Shown here: positions 1 through 10,070 of the stretch, in pieces | Position numbering within the stretch: position 1 is the first letter of the stretch | How the letters are laid out: the number at the start of each line of letters is the position of its first letter | Assembly (NCBI GenBank): GCA_965219955.1 | Contig: OZ244799.1 | Coordinates: forward strand, 1,536,001 to 1,600,000 | Direction: 5' to 3' | Length of the DNA stretch: 64,000 nt | Source: a bacterium | Lineage (GTDB): Bacteria > UBA8248 | Position numbers and translations under genes: made by a program | Notes under the pieces: model-generated | Databases searched by the model: none | The model's input: only the letters and a program-made list of their open reading frames with translations | Told to the model about the DNA's origin: nothing

Positions 1-2
1 AC

Positions 3-59
3 GACAGGCTCATCAAGAAGGGGAAAAAAGACGACGTCTACGACGAGATGATCCGATAA
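3..59 (+). CDS. 3' end of a CDS entering from the left (…DRLIKKGKKDDVYDEMIR*)
   Basis: Open frame from the window edge to TAA at 57-59 with GC3-rich codons; too short to identify. Confidence 0.5.
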   Translation, partial: DRLIKKGKKDDVYDEMIR

Positions 60-183
60 GCGCTTTGCTCATCCATCCGATCTCATACCTGAGCGTCAAT
101 TTCCCCTGTGCATGGAACCATGAATCCTCCATGATCGGCCACGGCGCAACGCCTTCGTTCCCACCCATATTCTGGAAGCCGGC

Positions 184-696
184 ATGCTAGAACTCATCTT
201 CGTCGCGCTCTTCCTGGGGTTTATTACCATCCTGTTCGTCAAGCGAACGACCTCGAACATCGCGCTCGAAGCCGATGCCGAGCAAACCAGGAACGATTCT
301 GAAATCGAATCCCTGCGCAAGCTGTCTCCCCAGGCGTTCGAGCGCATGCTCGTGGAGTTGCTCGAGGGCATGAACATGCGCATCGTCGAGATTCACTGGG
401 TCAACGAGGAGGAAATCGATATCCTCGCGCACAACCCCGCGCCCATTCTCGGGGGCGACTACATCATCCACGGCATACTCGTGCCCGAGGGCGACTTCGT
501 GAACTCGATACGGGTCATCGGCCTCTCCGACACCGTCCGCGCCGAAAGGGCGCTCAAGGGAATCCTGATATCGACGGGATATTTCACCGAAGAGGTGCAG
601 AAATACTCCGAAGGCGCGCCCATGGAGCTCATCAACGTCTCGAAACTCCGCGAGATACTCCACGCCCACGACATGGCCTGGCCCGGTACGGAGTGA
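184..696 (+). CDS. Membrane-anchored Mrr_cat-like restriction-endonuclease-fold protein
   Basis: N-terminal TM helix, then 'LRKLSPQAFERMLVELL..M', 'IDILA', 'KGILISTGYFT', 'MELIN' typical of Mrr_cat domains; the QxK motif appears replaced by HGI. Confidence 0.7.
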   Translation: MLELIFVALFLGFITILFVKRTTSNIALEADAEQTRNDSEIESLRKLSPQAFERMLVELLEGMNMRIVEIHWVNEEEIDILAHNPAPILGGDYIIHGILVPEGDFVNSIRVIGLSDTVRAERALKGILISTGYFTEEVQKYSEGAPMELINVSKLREILHAHDMAWPGTE

Positions 697-850
697 GGCG
701 CAGTTCGGGGGAGACGCCTTCGGCCTTCGTCCGTGGATCGATGCTCATTGCTATGCTGATGCGAGACGGTTGAAATCAAGCAGCGGGCGAGAGTCAGGAG
801 GGGTTCTCCACCCGAGATAAGATCGTTCAATGAACTCATGAATCAATGGC

Positions 851-1198
851 CACCTCGGGGTCGAACAAATCGATTTGCTTTATGCGCACTATCTCGACCC
901 GAATGCGCCAGTTGAGGAAATCGTCTCCGCAATGGCGGAAGCCGTTCAGGAGGGCAAGGCCAAAGCCATCGGCCTTTCTAACGTAACATCCGAAGAAATT
1001 ATTCAAGCAAATGAAATTTATGCGATTTCGGCGGTTCAATACGAGTACTCGTTATTTCGTCGCGAGGCTGAAACCGATATTTTGCCTGCCGTAAACCGTA
1101 TCGGCGCCGCGCTCGATATACGGTTAAGCGCCGAAACGCTGCGACAACTTGATTCGGTTGCTCCGGCAGGAGCATTTCAGGGAGCAACTCTGGTGTAG
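851..1198 (+). pseudogene. Aldo/keto reductase remnant, 5'-truncated and internally deleted
   Basis: Frame reads HLGVEQIDLLYAHYLDP..EGKAKAIGLSN..SAVQYEYSLFRR then jumps to the C-terminal 'AALDIRLS..L..LD' segment; the N-terminus and the SPL-containing NADPH-binding part are missing. Confidence 0.75.
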
Positions 1199-1284
1199 TG
1201 TGCAGGAGGCACATACGGGAACATTGAAAAAGCCCCGGTTTTGCGATTCCGTATATTCCTACGACCGACCAATGAGGAAACAGT

Positions 1285-1820
1285 CACTCCCCCCTTGGGG
1301 GGGTGTTGAAAAAGCGTTGATGAACGAGGGTTTGACGTGAGTCGGGAGGGGACGATTTTTGTAGGGGCCGCATATATGCGGCCCTTGTAGTGGGTGAAAA
1401 TCTGGGTCGCATATATGCGACCCCTACACAAGCAAAATTTTCCCTCTCCAGGTTCTTCAACGGCCCTCAAGAGGGGAGTGATTTCTTTCGAAGGTTTGTA
1501 GGGACAGGCCTCCGTGCCTGTCCTATATTGGGGCAAATATGGTTACGGGGGGCCGCCCCTACAACACACTCGCGTCAAACCATCGTCTTACATACCGCCA
1601 TAGCAACCTCACCCTGAGTAGCCGCCGAAGGTCAAACGCGATTGATGAATGAGCGTTTGTATCGAAGGGGCCTGTCCTTAGCCTGTCGAAGGCCGGAGGG
1701 AGTCGAACGCCTCGCACCGGGCAGCGCAATCGCTTCCGCATTGGGCGCGATTGACCTTCGATATGCGGCTTCGCCGCTACTCAGGATGAAGCGGAGAGGA
1801 GGCTTTTTCAACAACCCCTT
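1285..1820. repeat. Cluster of palindromic intergenic repeats (GTAG-type REPs, GTTGAAAAA-ended element, CCTGAGTAGC/CTACTCAGG family)
   Basis: gtaggggccgcatatatgcggccc, gtagggacaggcctccgtgcctgtcc, tcaccctgagtagccgccgaagg…ctactcaggatga; the same motifs recur at 5.4, 8.6, 10.1, 27.1, 28.1 and 31.4 kb. Confidence 0.85.
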
Positions 1821-1888
1821 GAGGGTCGGGCTTCCTCCTCGGGAAGCTCGACACCGCGGCTTTCCCGCTCCGTCGGGATCAAACGTGA

Positions 1889-1968
1889 TTGACAACACAA
1901 ATCAATACGAATAGCATATTCCATAACATTGAATGTAAGTTAATTGATTCGAATTAATTGAATTCGAA
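1889..1968 (+). promoter_or_regulatory. Sigma70-like promoter with a downstream palindromic operator-like site
   Basis: TTGACA(1889)-17 bp-TAGCAT(1912); perfect inverted repeat TTCGAATT-N5-AATTCGAA at 1948-1968 just before the start codon. Confidence 0.55.
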
Positions 1969-1987
1969 CCTTTAACAGCAAGAAACT

Positions 1988-2431
1988 ATGTTGAGGTATC
2001 TAGCCATGAAAATACTTGTGATTGCACTACTACCTTTCTTGGCATTTGCGGGAAATCCTGCCCTCGCTGATGAAGCATCACCAGAGAACTCACAGAAAAC
2101 GCCTTATTGCAACTACATTGTAGGGCTTGCGTCCAGGGGTGATTTCGTTGACTGCGAGAGCCGCCACCGCAACAATGAAGGATGTCTCCGCTGGGCACGT
2201 GAGAGAGGAACATGGCTTGAAAATAATATTGGTGCGCGTTGTGGGCAATGGGTGCGCCAGGCCAATAGCCCCGGTGGCAGATGTCGATCCCGCGGCAAGA
2301 AGGCCCAGGTACTTTATCACATACATAGAGGGCACCCGTGTACTTATGACATGGGATGCACTGGCCGCGACGGTAAACCACCGCCTCATGACCATTGGGA
2401 GAGTGTGCATTTCCAAGTCGTTTGTCGCTAG
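1988..2431 (+). CDS. Secreted cysteine-rich hypothetical protein
   Basis: Sec signal peptide (..PALA|DE), 8 Cys in ~120 mature residues, lower GC than flanks. Confidence 0.6.
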   Translation: MLRYLAMKILVIALLPFLAFAGNPALADEASPENSQKTPYCNYIVGLASRGDFVDCESRHRNNEGCLRWARERGTWLENNIGARCGQWVRQANSPGGRCRSRGKKAQVLYHIHRGHPCTYDMGCTGRDGKPPPHDHWESVHFQVVCR

Positions 2432-2691
2432 ACGGTGCGGTCAGCATAGAATGTCGCTTGTTTGCTCTTCACTCTATTGAATTGGTCAACTTTGTTTTGT
2501 AACTACGTAGATGGGCTTGCTCTTGATATTGTACCATCTGCCACTTGATAGCATACCTGCTCAGCTAGTTATCACTTAAAATTTGACGACTTTACTCACT
2601 CCCTCTTCTTTGAAACGGTCGTTCGGCACCATTCTCACGCCTTACCGTGGCCAGACTACTTCCACATCGTGATGTACTAAATACCCCAACG

Positions 2692-2725
2692 AAAAAAAAC
2701 CGCCTCCCTGCCCGGGAAGCGGTTT
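2692..2725 (-). terminator. Rho-independent terminator of the Rieske/cyt b operon
   Basis: Minus strand AAACCGCTTCCC-loop-GGGAGGCGGTTTTTTTT. Confidence 0.8.
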
Positions 2726-2772
2726 CATAATTTTCGAAGCAATTAACTTTTTAGTTTCGTATCCGAAATCCC

Positions 2773-2880
2773 TTAGACCAGCAGGTAAATCACCCCCGAG
2801 ACGACGATCAGGGCGAGGGCGGCCACCTTCACGCCGCAGGCGTCCCACCAGAGATGTTTTCGCTGTCTGTCCTGAACCAT
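2773..2880 (-). CDS. 35-aa single-TM protein (MVQDRQRKHLWWDACGVKVAALALIVVSGVIYLLV), putative small subunit of the Rieske/cyt b complex
   Basis: ATG at 2880 preceded by GGAG; TAA at 2773-2775; sits between the subunit-IV-like gene and the terminator. Confidence 0.65.
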   Translation of the reverse strand: MVQDRQRKHLWWDACGVKVAALALIVVSGVIYLLV

Positions 2881-2907
2881 CTTCTCCGCTCGGGTTAAGA
2901 AAAAAAC

Positions 2908-3687
2908 CTAGATGTTGAACCAGGGCGTGACGAGCACGTATTTGACGTTGAGCCCGATGCGCAGGACCATTTTCGCCACGATACCCATCATCGTCATGTT
3001 GAGCGACGCCTTGATGAGATAGCGCACCAGACCTACGTTCTTCATGCGCTCGCGCCGCCAGATATAATACGCCGGTATGGTGGCGTACCAGAGCAGGATT
3101 AGCACCGTACCGCACGCCGCCTGGCCCCAGTAGCTCCTGAATCCGAGCATATAGGGCAGGTCCACGTTCGTCAGGGCCACGACCTTGTGCGGGTCCCAGT
3201 ACTCCCAAGGCATGAAGAAGTTCCACCCCGGCCCGCGCAGGAAGGTTCCCTGCACCACCATCCACACCCACAGGACCAGAAATCCGAACAGGAAGGTGAA
3301 GATGGCGAATCTGCGTTCGTGGAAAGTGTAGTAGCCGTTCCCCTTGGGGTTCACGTCGATGAAGGGGATGGCCATCAGGCCCACGATGATGAGGGTGGGC
3401 AGCACGACGCCCGCCATCCACGGGTCGAAATAGACGAGCAACTCCTGAAGGCCCAGGAAATACCACGGCGCCTTCGAGGGGTTCGGCGTGACGGAAGGGT
3501 TCGCGGGCTCTTCGAGCGGCGCGTCGATCACGATGGACCACACCACCAAAAATATGGTGATGATGATCGCGCACATGAACTCGAGGCGCGTGAGGTAGGG
3601 CCACACGTGAACCTTGTCGTTCACCCGCTCCCAACTCGTCTTGGCCATCTCATCGGCAGAGCCGACTACCTTGTCTTCCTTCGCCAA
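2908..3687 (-). CDS. Cytochrome b C-terminal part (subunit IV/PetD-QcrC-like) with extra TM helices
   Basis: 'VHVWP', '[28 protein letters not shown]' (PEWY-equivalent), 'IPFID'. Confidence 0.88.
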   Translation of the reverse strand: MAKEDKVVGSADEMAKTSWERVNDKVHVWPYLTRLEFMCAIIITIFLVVWSIVIDAPLEEPANPSVTPNPSKAPWYFLGLQELLVYFDPWMAGVVLPTLIIVGLMAIPFIDVNPKGNGYYTFHERRFAIFTFLFGFLVLWVWMVVQGTFLRGPGWNFFMPWEYWDPHKVVALTNVDLPYMLGFRSYWGQAACGTVLILLWYATIPAYYIWRRERMKNVGLVRYLIKASLNMTMMGIVAKMVLRIGLNVKYVLVTPWFNI

Positions 3688-3719
3688 TGTTCTCGCCCTT
3701 CTCTTTTATGCCCTCAAGA

Positions 3720-4508
3720 CTACAAAGGACCCGAGATGCCGCCGTCTTTTCGGATTCTCCAGAAATGCACCATCATCAGAATCGCCGCTATCAGAGGAAC
3801 GACGATGCAATGCAGCACGTAGAAGCGCAACAGCGTGGGCGGACCCACGATGGTTCCGCCCAGAAGTGCGGAGCGCGCGTCGAAGCGCGGCGTCACGCCC
3901 ACCATTTCGGCGAACGGGCCCTCGGACCCCAGCAGAGGCGTGGCCCGCGCCATGTTGGTTCCCACCGTCACCGCCCAGATGGCAAGCTGATCCCAGGGGA
4001 GCAGATAGCCGGTAAAGCTGAGCAGGAGGGTGAGCGTGAGCAGCAGCACCCCGATGACCCAGTTGAACTCGCGCGGCGGCTTGTAGGAGCCCGTCATGAA
4101 GACGCGCAGCATGTGCAGCCACACGGCGATGACCATCGCGTGCGCCGCCCAGCGGTGCATGTTTCGCATGAACATGCCGAAGGGGGCGTCGAATTCGAGA
4201 TACTTGATGTCGGCGTAGGCGTATTCGCCCACGGGCCGGTAGTAGAACATCAGGACTACGCCGGTGACGACGAGGTAGAGGAACAGCAGGAACGTCACCC
4301 CGCCCATGCACCACGTGAAACGGATGCGGATGGCGTGGCGCCTGATTTTCGTGGGATGCAGGTGCAGCCAGAGGTTGTCCACGACCATGAGAACGCGGTT
4401 TCTCGGCGTATCCTCATACCCGTGACGGAACATCGACCTCCACACCTGGGAGTCGAGCACACTGCGTTTCACCTGGTCCAGGTTCAAGCGTTCTTTCAAA
4501 CTCGGCAT
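3720..4508 (-). CDS. petB: Cytochrome b6-type N-terminal subunit of a Rieske/cyt b complex
   Basis: [14 protein letters not shown] and RFYVLH..VHF heme-b His pairs, '[11 protein letters not shown]', 'WCMGG' Cys, C-terminal 'GISGPL'. Confidence 0.9.
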   Translation of the reverse strand: MPSLKERLNLDQVKRSVLDSQVWRSMFRHGYEDTPRNRVLMVVDNLWLHLHPTKIRRHAIRIRFTWCMGGVTFLLFLYLVVTGVVLMFYYRPVGEYAYADIKYLEFDAPFGMFMRNMHRWAAHAMVIAVWLHMLRVFMTGSYKPPREFNWVIGVLLLTLTLLLSFTGYLLPWDQLAIWAVTVGTNMARATPLLGSEGPFAEMVGVTPRFDARSALLGGTIVGPPTLLRFYVLHCIVVPLIAAILMMVHFWRIRKDGGISGPL

Positions 4509-4551
4509 CTAAAAACCCCCACGTCCTCGCATCGAACGAACATATAAGCTC

Positions 4552-5106
4552 TTACGTAAAGAGAAAAGCGCCCGGGTCGTCCCATTGCCCTTTCTCGTGG
4601 AGAAACAGCTTGCCCTTGTCGATAATCAGCTGCCCATCCTCGGCCAGGCCGATTTTCAGCCTCTCGAGCGGCCTGGGCGCCGGACCCTCGAAGTTGATGC
4701 CGGAGCGGCGGAATCCGCTCCCGTGGCACGGGCACTTGAACTTGTCCTCGGAGCCCAGGTACTTCGGCGTGCATCCCAAGTGGGTGCATATCGCGCTCAG
4801 GGCGTAGAAGCCGTTCTCCTCGCGGATGATCCACACGCGCTCGCTGTTCACGTAGCGGGTGTCCACCACGCCCACGGCGTAGTCCGCCGGGTCGCCCGCC
4901 TTGAACTCGGTGGGCGGTTCGAACAGAACGCGCGGGAACATGAAGCGCAGGAAACCGATCAGCGCGACGTTGATGGCGCCCAGGATGCCGAGCCACCCCG
5001 TGTAGTTCATGAACCGCCTGCGGTCGATGAACGGCTTTTTCTCTTTCGCCTCCTCCTCGTAATCGGCAGGCAGCTTCACCGGAGGAGCTTTCAAGCGAGT
5101 GTTCAT
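4552..5106 (-). CDS. petC: Rieske 2Fe-2S subunit of a Rieske/cyt b complex
   Basis: Tat-like 'DRRRFM' plus TM helix, CTHLGC and CPCHGS motifs, 'GPAPRPL'; start placed at ATG 5106 (AGGA upstream). Confidence 0.92.
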   Translation of the reverse strand: MNTRLKAPPVKLPADYEEEAKEKKPFIDRRRFMNYTGWLGILGAINVALIGFLRFMFPRVLFEPPTEFKAGDPADYAVGVVDTRYVNSERVWIIREENGFYALSAICTHLGCTPKYLGSEDKFKCPCHGSGFRRSGINFEGPAPRPLERLKIGLAEDGQLIIDKGKLFLHEKGQWDDPGAFLFT

Positions 5107-5399
5107 GAGGATCCTACACTCCTGTTCTGAGACTCGAACCAACTTTCGACTTCACTCATCCCGCGCCTGTCAGATGCCAAGCGTCGCACGGATGCATTAT
5201 CCCCCATCACGACGGATAATGAAACCGATGCGCTTGGTTTCGCCACGGGCGGCGCATGGCCTCGCCGGACGCCGAGACCATAGGGATTTAAGCTGTTGCC
5301 AAGGTTCTTATTACGGACGAAAGCACCTCGTGTCAAGGGCGGATGCGCGTTTCTCGCCGGATAGCGGGAGATTCAAGGCGAGGGGCTCGCACCGGGACG

Positions 5400-5670
5400 A
5401 AAAGACATCCTTCGATACGCGGCTCCGCCGCTACTCAGGATGAGGCGGTGCGGTTTTGTTCGTCATTCCGGTGTCGGAGCCGACCAAGGCGGGAGGGTTC
5501 GACGGAATCCATTTGTTCTGCCTTTGTTTTTTCCTGATTGGTTCCCGTCAATGACCGGGGAGGTAAAAAACCGGCGTATTGTCATTCTGCTTGAGAATGG
5601 ATTCCGGCTTTCGCCGGAATGACGGTTGTCCTGGCGTTGTAAGGGCGGTTCGCGAACCGCCCCTACGGGA
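5400..5670. repeat. Palindromic intergenic repeat cluster
   Basis: ccttcgatacgcggctccgccgctactcaggatgag; tggattccggctttcgccggaatgac; gtaagggcggttcgcgaaccgcccctac. Confidence 0.8.
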
Positions 5671-5713
5671 ATCTGCGCCAATCGAAAAGAGGCGCAATCA
5701 AGTATCACTACAT

Positions 5714-6706
5714 TTACAACCCCGCCCTGTTGTTCTCCCTGACGGCGCGGTTCACCACGTTCACGGGCCACTCGCCCGAGAGAACGCGGCGCACTTCGTT
5801 AGGAGCGCCCTGTTGTAAGCCCACCATGGACTCCTCGCTGTACCAGGCCGCGTGGGGGTTGATGATGACGTTCTCACGACCCCTCAAGGGGTGCGGGTCG
5901 GGCAGGGGCTCGGGGTCGGTCGTATCGAGAGCGCAGCCCGCGATTTCGCCGGAATCGAGCGCGCGCACGAGCGCATCGGTATCGATGATGGGACCCCGCG
6001 AGCAGTTGACGATGACGGCGGTGCTCTTCATCTGCGCGAAGGCTGCATCATTCATCATCCCGCGCGTCTGTGGGATGAGCGGCGGATGGATGGAGACGAA
6101 ATCGGACTCGGCGTACATATCCGCCAGCTCATCCACCTTTTCTCCGGGCGCATCGAACTGGCCCTGCTCCACGAAGGGGTCGTTGAAGAGCACCCGCATC
6201 CCGAACGAAGCGGCGCGGACGGCCACCATGCGGGCGATGTTCCCGAAGCCCACCAGCCCCAGCGTCGCGCCCACCAGGCGGAACATCGGCTTGCCCGGCG
6301 GCACCGCCCATTCGCCCGCGCGCACCCGGCGATCGTAAAACGCCACCTTCCTCGCCGATGCGAGCAGGAGCGCCATCGTGTGCTCGGCGACCTCCTCGAT
6401 GCAGTAGGTGGGGTTGTTCGTGACGATGATGCCCGCCTCGGTGGCGGCGTCCAGGTCGATGGTGTCCACGCCGATGCCGTAGCGCGCGATGATCTTGCAG
6501 TTCGGCATCCCCGCCATGTCCTCTTTGGTGATGGGGCCGGCGTAGGTGTTCAGTATGGCTTCGCAATCGGCGGCTTCCGCCAGAAATTCCGCAGGCGTCT
6601 TCGTCTGCATGGCGACGATGTCGGCCAGCTCTCCCAGAATCTCGTTCTCCACGTCCAGCGACTCCCAGACGTAATCGGTCAGGACGACTTTCGCCTTGTC
6701 CGGCAT
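5714..6706 (-). CDS. D-isomer-specific 2-hydroxyacid dehydrogenase (CtBP/SerA-like)
   Basis: 'RYGIGVDTID', 'GLVGFGNIA', 'VNCSRG', 'PHAAWYS'. Confidence 0.92.
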   Translation of the reverse strand: MPDKAKVVLTDYVWESLDVENEILGELADIVAMQTKTPAEFLAEAADCEAILNTYAGPITKEDMAGMPNCKIIARYGIGVDTIDLDAATEAGIIVTNNPTYCIEEVAEHTMALLLASARKVAFYDRRVRAGEWAVPPGKPMFRLVGATLGLVGFGNIARMVAVRAASFGMRVLFNDPFVEQGQFDAPGEKVDELADMYAESDFVSIHPPLIPQTRGMMNDAAFAQMKSTAVIVNCSRGPIIDTDALVRALDSGEIAGCALDTTDPEPLPDPHPLRGRENVIINPHAAWYSEESMVGLQQGAPNEVRRVLSGEWPVNVVNRAVRENNRAGL

Positions 6707-6880
6707 GTTGTTCCCCTTTTGTTGGTTTCCATGATGGCTCAGAAAATTTACTGCGCGATGCTATCCCACGGGCATAAGGGAATCAAGGCTTTGGGCCGTA
6801 TTCCTTGACCGCGGAATTACGCTGTAATAGCCTTTTTCGTGGTTTCCCGCTTTTCGTGGTTTCCCTCTTGAGGAGAGCGC

Positions 6881-7447
6881 ATGGCCGACATCGACTCGTT
6901 CAGGCTTAAGCCCGAAGACTGCCTCCTGCTCATCGTCGACGCGCAGGAGCGGCTCATGTCCGCCATGAGGGAGGACGTGCGCGCGCAGGTCGTCGGGCGC
7001 ATCCTGACCCTGGCGGAGGCGGCGGCGCGCCTCGATTTCCCGGTCCTCGTCACCGAGCAATACCCAAAGGGACTCGGCCCCACCCTCCCCGAGGTGGCGG
7101 AGAAAGTGCCCGGGTTCGCCCCCATCGAGAAAATCTCGTTCAGCTGCTGCGCTGAGGAGACGTTCCTGCCGCGCCTGCACGAGACGGGCCGGACGAAAAT
7201 ACTGCTCACGGGTGCGGAGACGCACGTGTGCTGCTACCAGACGGCGCTCGACCTGCTCGATAACGGCTTCATCGTCCACGCGGTGGCCGACGCCACCTGT
7301 TCGCGCTCGAAGCTGAACTGGCGGACGGGGCTCTCGGCTCTCGAGCGCGCGGGCGCCATCCCCGCCACGACCGAGCAGGCGCTCTTCGATCTCCTCCGCG
7401 TGGCGGGCACCGAGGATTTCAAATTCCTCTCGAAACTGATACGCTGA
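6881..7447 (+). CDS. Isochorismatase-family cysteine hydrolase
   Basis: 'LIVDAQERL', 'TEQYPKGLGPT', 'KISFSC', 'GAETHVCCYQT'. Confidence 0.9.
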   Translation: MADIDSFRLKPEDCLLLIVDAQERLMSAMREDVRAQVVGRILTLAEAAARLDFPVLVTEQYPKGLGPTLPEVAEKVPGFAPIEKISFSCCAEETFLPRLHETGRTKILLTGAETHVCCYQTALDLLDNGFIVHAVADATCSRSKLNWRTGLSALERAGAIPATTEQALFDLLRVAGTEDFKFLSKLIR

Positions 7448-7500
7448 AACCCACGCCCACCTGCAACGCTTCGCACGCCCCGAGGAAGGATTCGCCGCAA

Positions 7501-8595
7501 ATGGCGTCAGCATCTTCAAAAACGAGCGTCGGCGTCGTGTTCGGCGGCCGCTCGACCGAGCACGAGGTGAGCCGCAACTCGGGCCGGGCCATCATGGCCG
7601 AGCTCGACAGTGAGAAATACGACGTCCACCCCATTCTCATCACGAAATCGGGCAGTTGGATCGCCCTCCCCCATCCCGACGCGTCACCCGAAGACGGTGA
7701 TGAGGTTCTCTTCTCGGGCACGCCGGGCGGAGCGCCGCTGAGATACGCCGGGAGCGGTGAACGCCTCGGGGTCGACGTATACTTCCCCATCATCCACGGC
7801 ACCTTCGGGGAGGACGGCACGCTGCAGGGCCTGTTCGAGCTGGCGGAGGCGCCCTTCGTGGGTTCGGGGTGCACGTCTTCGGCCGTCACGATGGACAAGG
7901 CCATCGCCAAGGCGGTGCTGCGCGGAGCAGGACTGCCCGTCCTGCCTTCCCTCACGCTGTTCCCGGAAACCTGGGAGGCGGACCGCGGCGCCGTCTCGGA
8001 GGAGGCGGCATCGAAGATCGGCTTTCCCCTCTTCGTCAAACCCTCCTCTTCGGGCAGCAGCGTCGGCGTCCACCTGGTGGAGAGTCCCGATGAACTTCAA
8101 GACGCCGTCGCCGACGCCTTCCGGTTCGATGCCAAGGTCCTGATTGAGGAACACGCGCAGGGCCGCGAACTGGAGTGTTCCGTGCTCGAAGGCCCCGCGC
8201 CCGGCGAATTCCTCGCCAGCCCCCTCATGGAGATCACGACGCGTTCGGGGTGGTACGACTACGAGGCGAAATACGAGGAAGGCCGCGCAGAGTTGATCAT
8301 CCCCGCGCCCGTGGAGGAATCCCTCGCCGATCACGCCCGCCTCTACGCGCGGAGCGCGTTCCGCGCGCTGGGCTGCTCTGGACTCGCCCGCGTGGATTTC
8401 TTCTACCGCGAGCGTACGGGCGAACTCTACATCAACGAGGTGAACACCCTGCCCGGCTTCACCCAGTTGAGCGGATATCCCCGCATGATACAGGCGGCGG
8501 GCGTCTCCTACCCCGAAATGCTGGATCGCTTGATCGCCTGCGCGATGGCGCGCCACGAGAAACTCAGGTCAAGAGAATACGACAGAAACGCCTGA
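7501..8595 (+). CDS. ddl: D-alanine--D-alanine ligase
   Basis: 'FGGRSTEHEVS', 'HGTFGEDGTLQG', 'GSSVG', 'YDYEAKY', 'RVDFF', 'NEVNTLPG'. Confidence 0.96.
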   Translation: MASASSKTSVGVVFGGRSTEHEVSRNSGRAIMAELDSEKYDVHPILITKSGSWIALPHPDASPEDGDEVLFSGTPGGAPLRYAGSGERLGVDVYFPIIHGTFGEDGTLQGLFELAEAPFVGSGCTSSAVTMDKAIAKAVLRGAGLPVLPSLTLFPETWEADRGAVSEEAASKIGFPLFVKPSSSGSSVGVHLVESPDELQDAVADAFRFDAKVLIEEHAQGRELECSVLEGPAPGEFLASPLMEITTRSGWYDYEAKYEEGRAELIIPAPVEESLADHARLYARSAFRALGCSGLARVDFFYRERTGELYINEVNTLPGFTQLSGYPRMIQAAGVSYPEMLDRLIACAMARHEKLRSREYDRNA

Positions 8596-8611
8596 CGAAC
8601 ATTGTATTACC

Positions 8612-9062
8612 CGGGAGTGTCGAAAAAGTCATCGCCGCCTCATCCTGAGTAGCGGCGGAGCCGCGTATCGAAGGATGCCCTCTCGCCCGACGCGAGGCGT
8701 TCGGCTTTCCTCGCCCTTCGATACGCCGCCTTCGGCGGCTACTCAGGGTGAGGAAAGAGGCATTGACGGTTTGCGGGGGTCGTAGACGAGGGCTTTTTCA
8801 ACAGGCCCGACAAGGGGGGTTGGTTTTCAAGGCGAGGGAGGGCGGGTGAAGAATTCCAATCCTCCCCCGGCACAGGAGCCACGGACAGGCACAGGGGCCT
8901 GTCCCTACGAAAACCACGCGCTTCGAAACGAACCCGTAGGGGCGGGCCTCCGTGCCCGCCCGTTGTTGATATACGACCCGGAGACGCAGGACAGGCACGG
9001 AGGCCTGTCCCTACAAACCTTCTGCCGGCAGGATTCCCATACCGACTCTTTCAACACTCCCT
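8612..9062. repeat. Palindromic intergenic repeat cluster
   Basis: catcctgagtagcggcggagccgcgtatcgaagg…ccttcgatacgccgccttcggcggctactcaggg and three GTAG-type REPs (ggacaggcacggaggcctgtccctac etc.). Confidence 0.85.
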
Positions 9063-9065
9063 CCG

Positions 9066-10058
9066 TCAGCTTTTCAGGCAACCATCGAGAAACTCGAACG
9101 CGCGCTCCTCGGCCCAGTAGACCGGCGAGCGGGGGTCGCTACCCGAGACGAAGCCCACGTGCCCGCCGCTTTTCAGCAACACGCCGCTCAGCCACTCGGA
9201 CTCCCCGATTTCTCGACGGGGAAATACGTGAGGCGGAACGATGGGGTCGTCCTCCGCTGCGAGGATGAGCGTTTTCACCTGAATTTCAGGCAGATAAGGC
9301 GAAGCGTCGGCTTGTTCGTAATAATCCAGTTCGTCCCTGAAGCCATAGAGGGGCGCGATGACGAGGCGGTCGAAATGGTGGAAGGTTCGCGTGCGGCGCA
9401 CCTCGTCGATGTCGATGCGGCCGGGGTGCAGCTCCGAGAAGCGCTCCGCTTTTTCCTTCACGCTGCTCAACAGATGCCATTTGTAGAAATAACCCGGCAA
9501 GGAATCGAGCACCTTCGCGCACGCGGCGGGTTGTAGGCTCGGGGAAATACTGGCGGCCCCGCGTATGCGGTCCGAGACCGTATCGCCGCATTCTCCCAGC
9601 CACTTGAGCAGGACGTTCCCTCCCAGCGAAAAGCCCGCCAGAACGAGCGGCCCGCTGAACCTCTCCAGAATCCGCCCTACCACGAATCCCGGGTCCCCCG
9701 TCTCCCCGCAGTGGTAGAACTTGGGATTGCGGTTCGGCTCGCCGCTGCAGGAGCGGTAGTTCATCGCCAGCGCCCGCCAGCCTAGCGCGCGCGCCCTCGC
9801 CGCCGCCCCGCGCACATAATGGGAATCGGAAGAACCTTCCAGGCCGTGCAGGACGAGCAGCGTCGGGGCGTCAGGTTGACCGGTATCGAGGAAATCGACG
9901 TCCACGAAATCGCCGTCGGGCGTATCCCAACGCTCCCGCCGCCAGGGGATGCGCGGGTGCTTCCTTAAAGAATATCCCCAGGTGCTCTGGAGGTGACGCC
10001 CCCGGCAGAACCAGGCCGGACGATAAGGGGGGGTGGGCGCGGAACCGTCAGGTTTCAT
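9066..10058 (-). CDS. YheT-family alpha/beta hydrolase
   Basis: 'HGLEGSS', 'GFSLGGN', 'AEDDP', 'GGHVGF'. Confidence 0.9.
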   Translation of the reverse strand: MKPDGSAPTPPYRPAWFCRGRHLQSTWGYSLRKHPRIPWRRERWDTPDGDFVDVDFLDTGQPDAPTLLVLHGLEGSSDSHYVRGAAARARALGWRALAMNYRSCSGEPNRNPKFYHCGETGDPGFVVGRILERFSGPLVLAGFSLGGNVLLKWLGECGDTVSDRIRGAASISPSLQPAACAKVLDSLPGYFYKWHLLSSVKEKAERFSELHPGRIDIDEVRRTRTFHHFDRLVIAPLYGFRDELDYYEQADASPYLPEIQVKTLILAAEDDPIVPPHVFPRREIGESEWLSGVLLKSGGHVGFVSGSDPRSPVYWAEERAFEFLDGCLKS

Positions 10059-10070
10059 GCCGCGCGTGAG

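Noticed and set aside
5107-5336. Riboswitch in the ~200-nt leader of the Rieske operon
   Set aside because: Hairpins are present and TTGACA lies at 5336-5331, but I could not match any known aptamer consensus.
7501-8595. Van-type D-Ala-D-Lac ligase near a D-hydroxyacid dehydrogenase
   Set aside because: The omega loop has YDYEAKY typical of D-Ala-D-Ala ligases, the dehydrogenase is divergent and CtBP-like, and no vanX/R/S genes are present.
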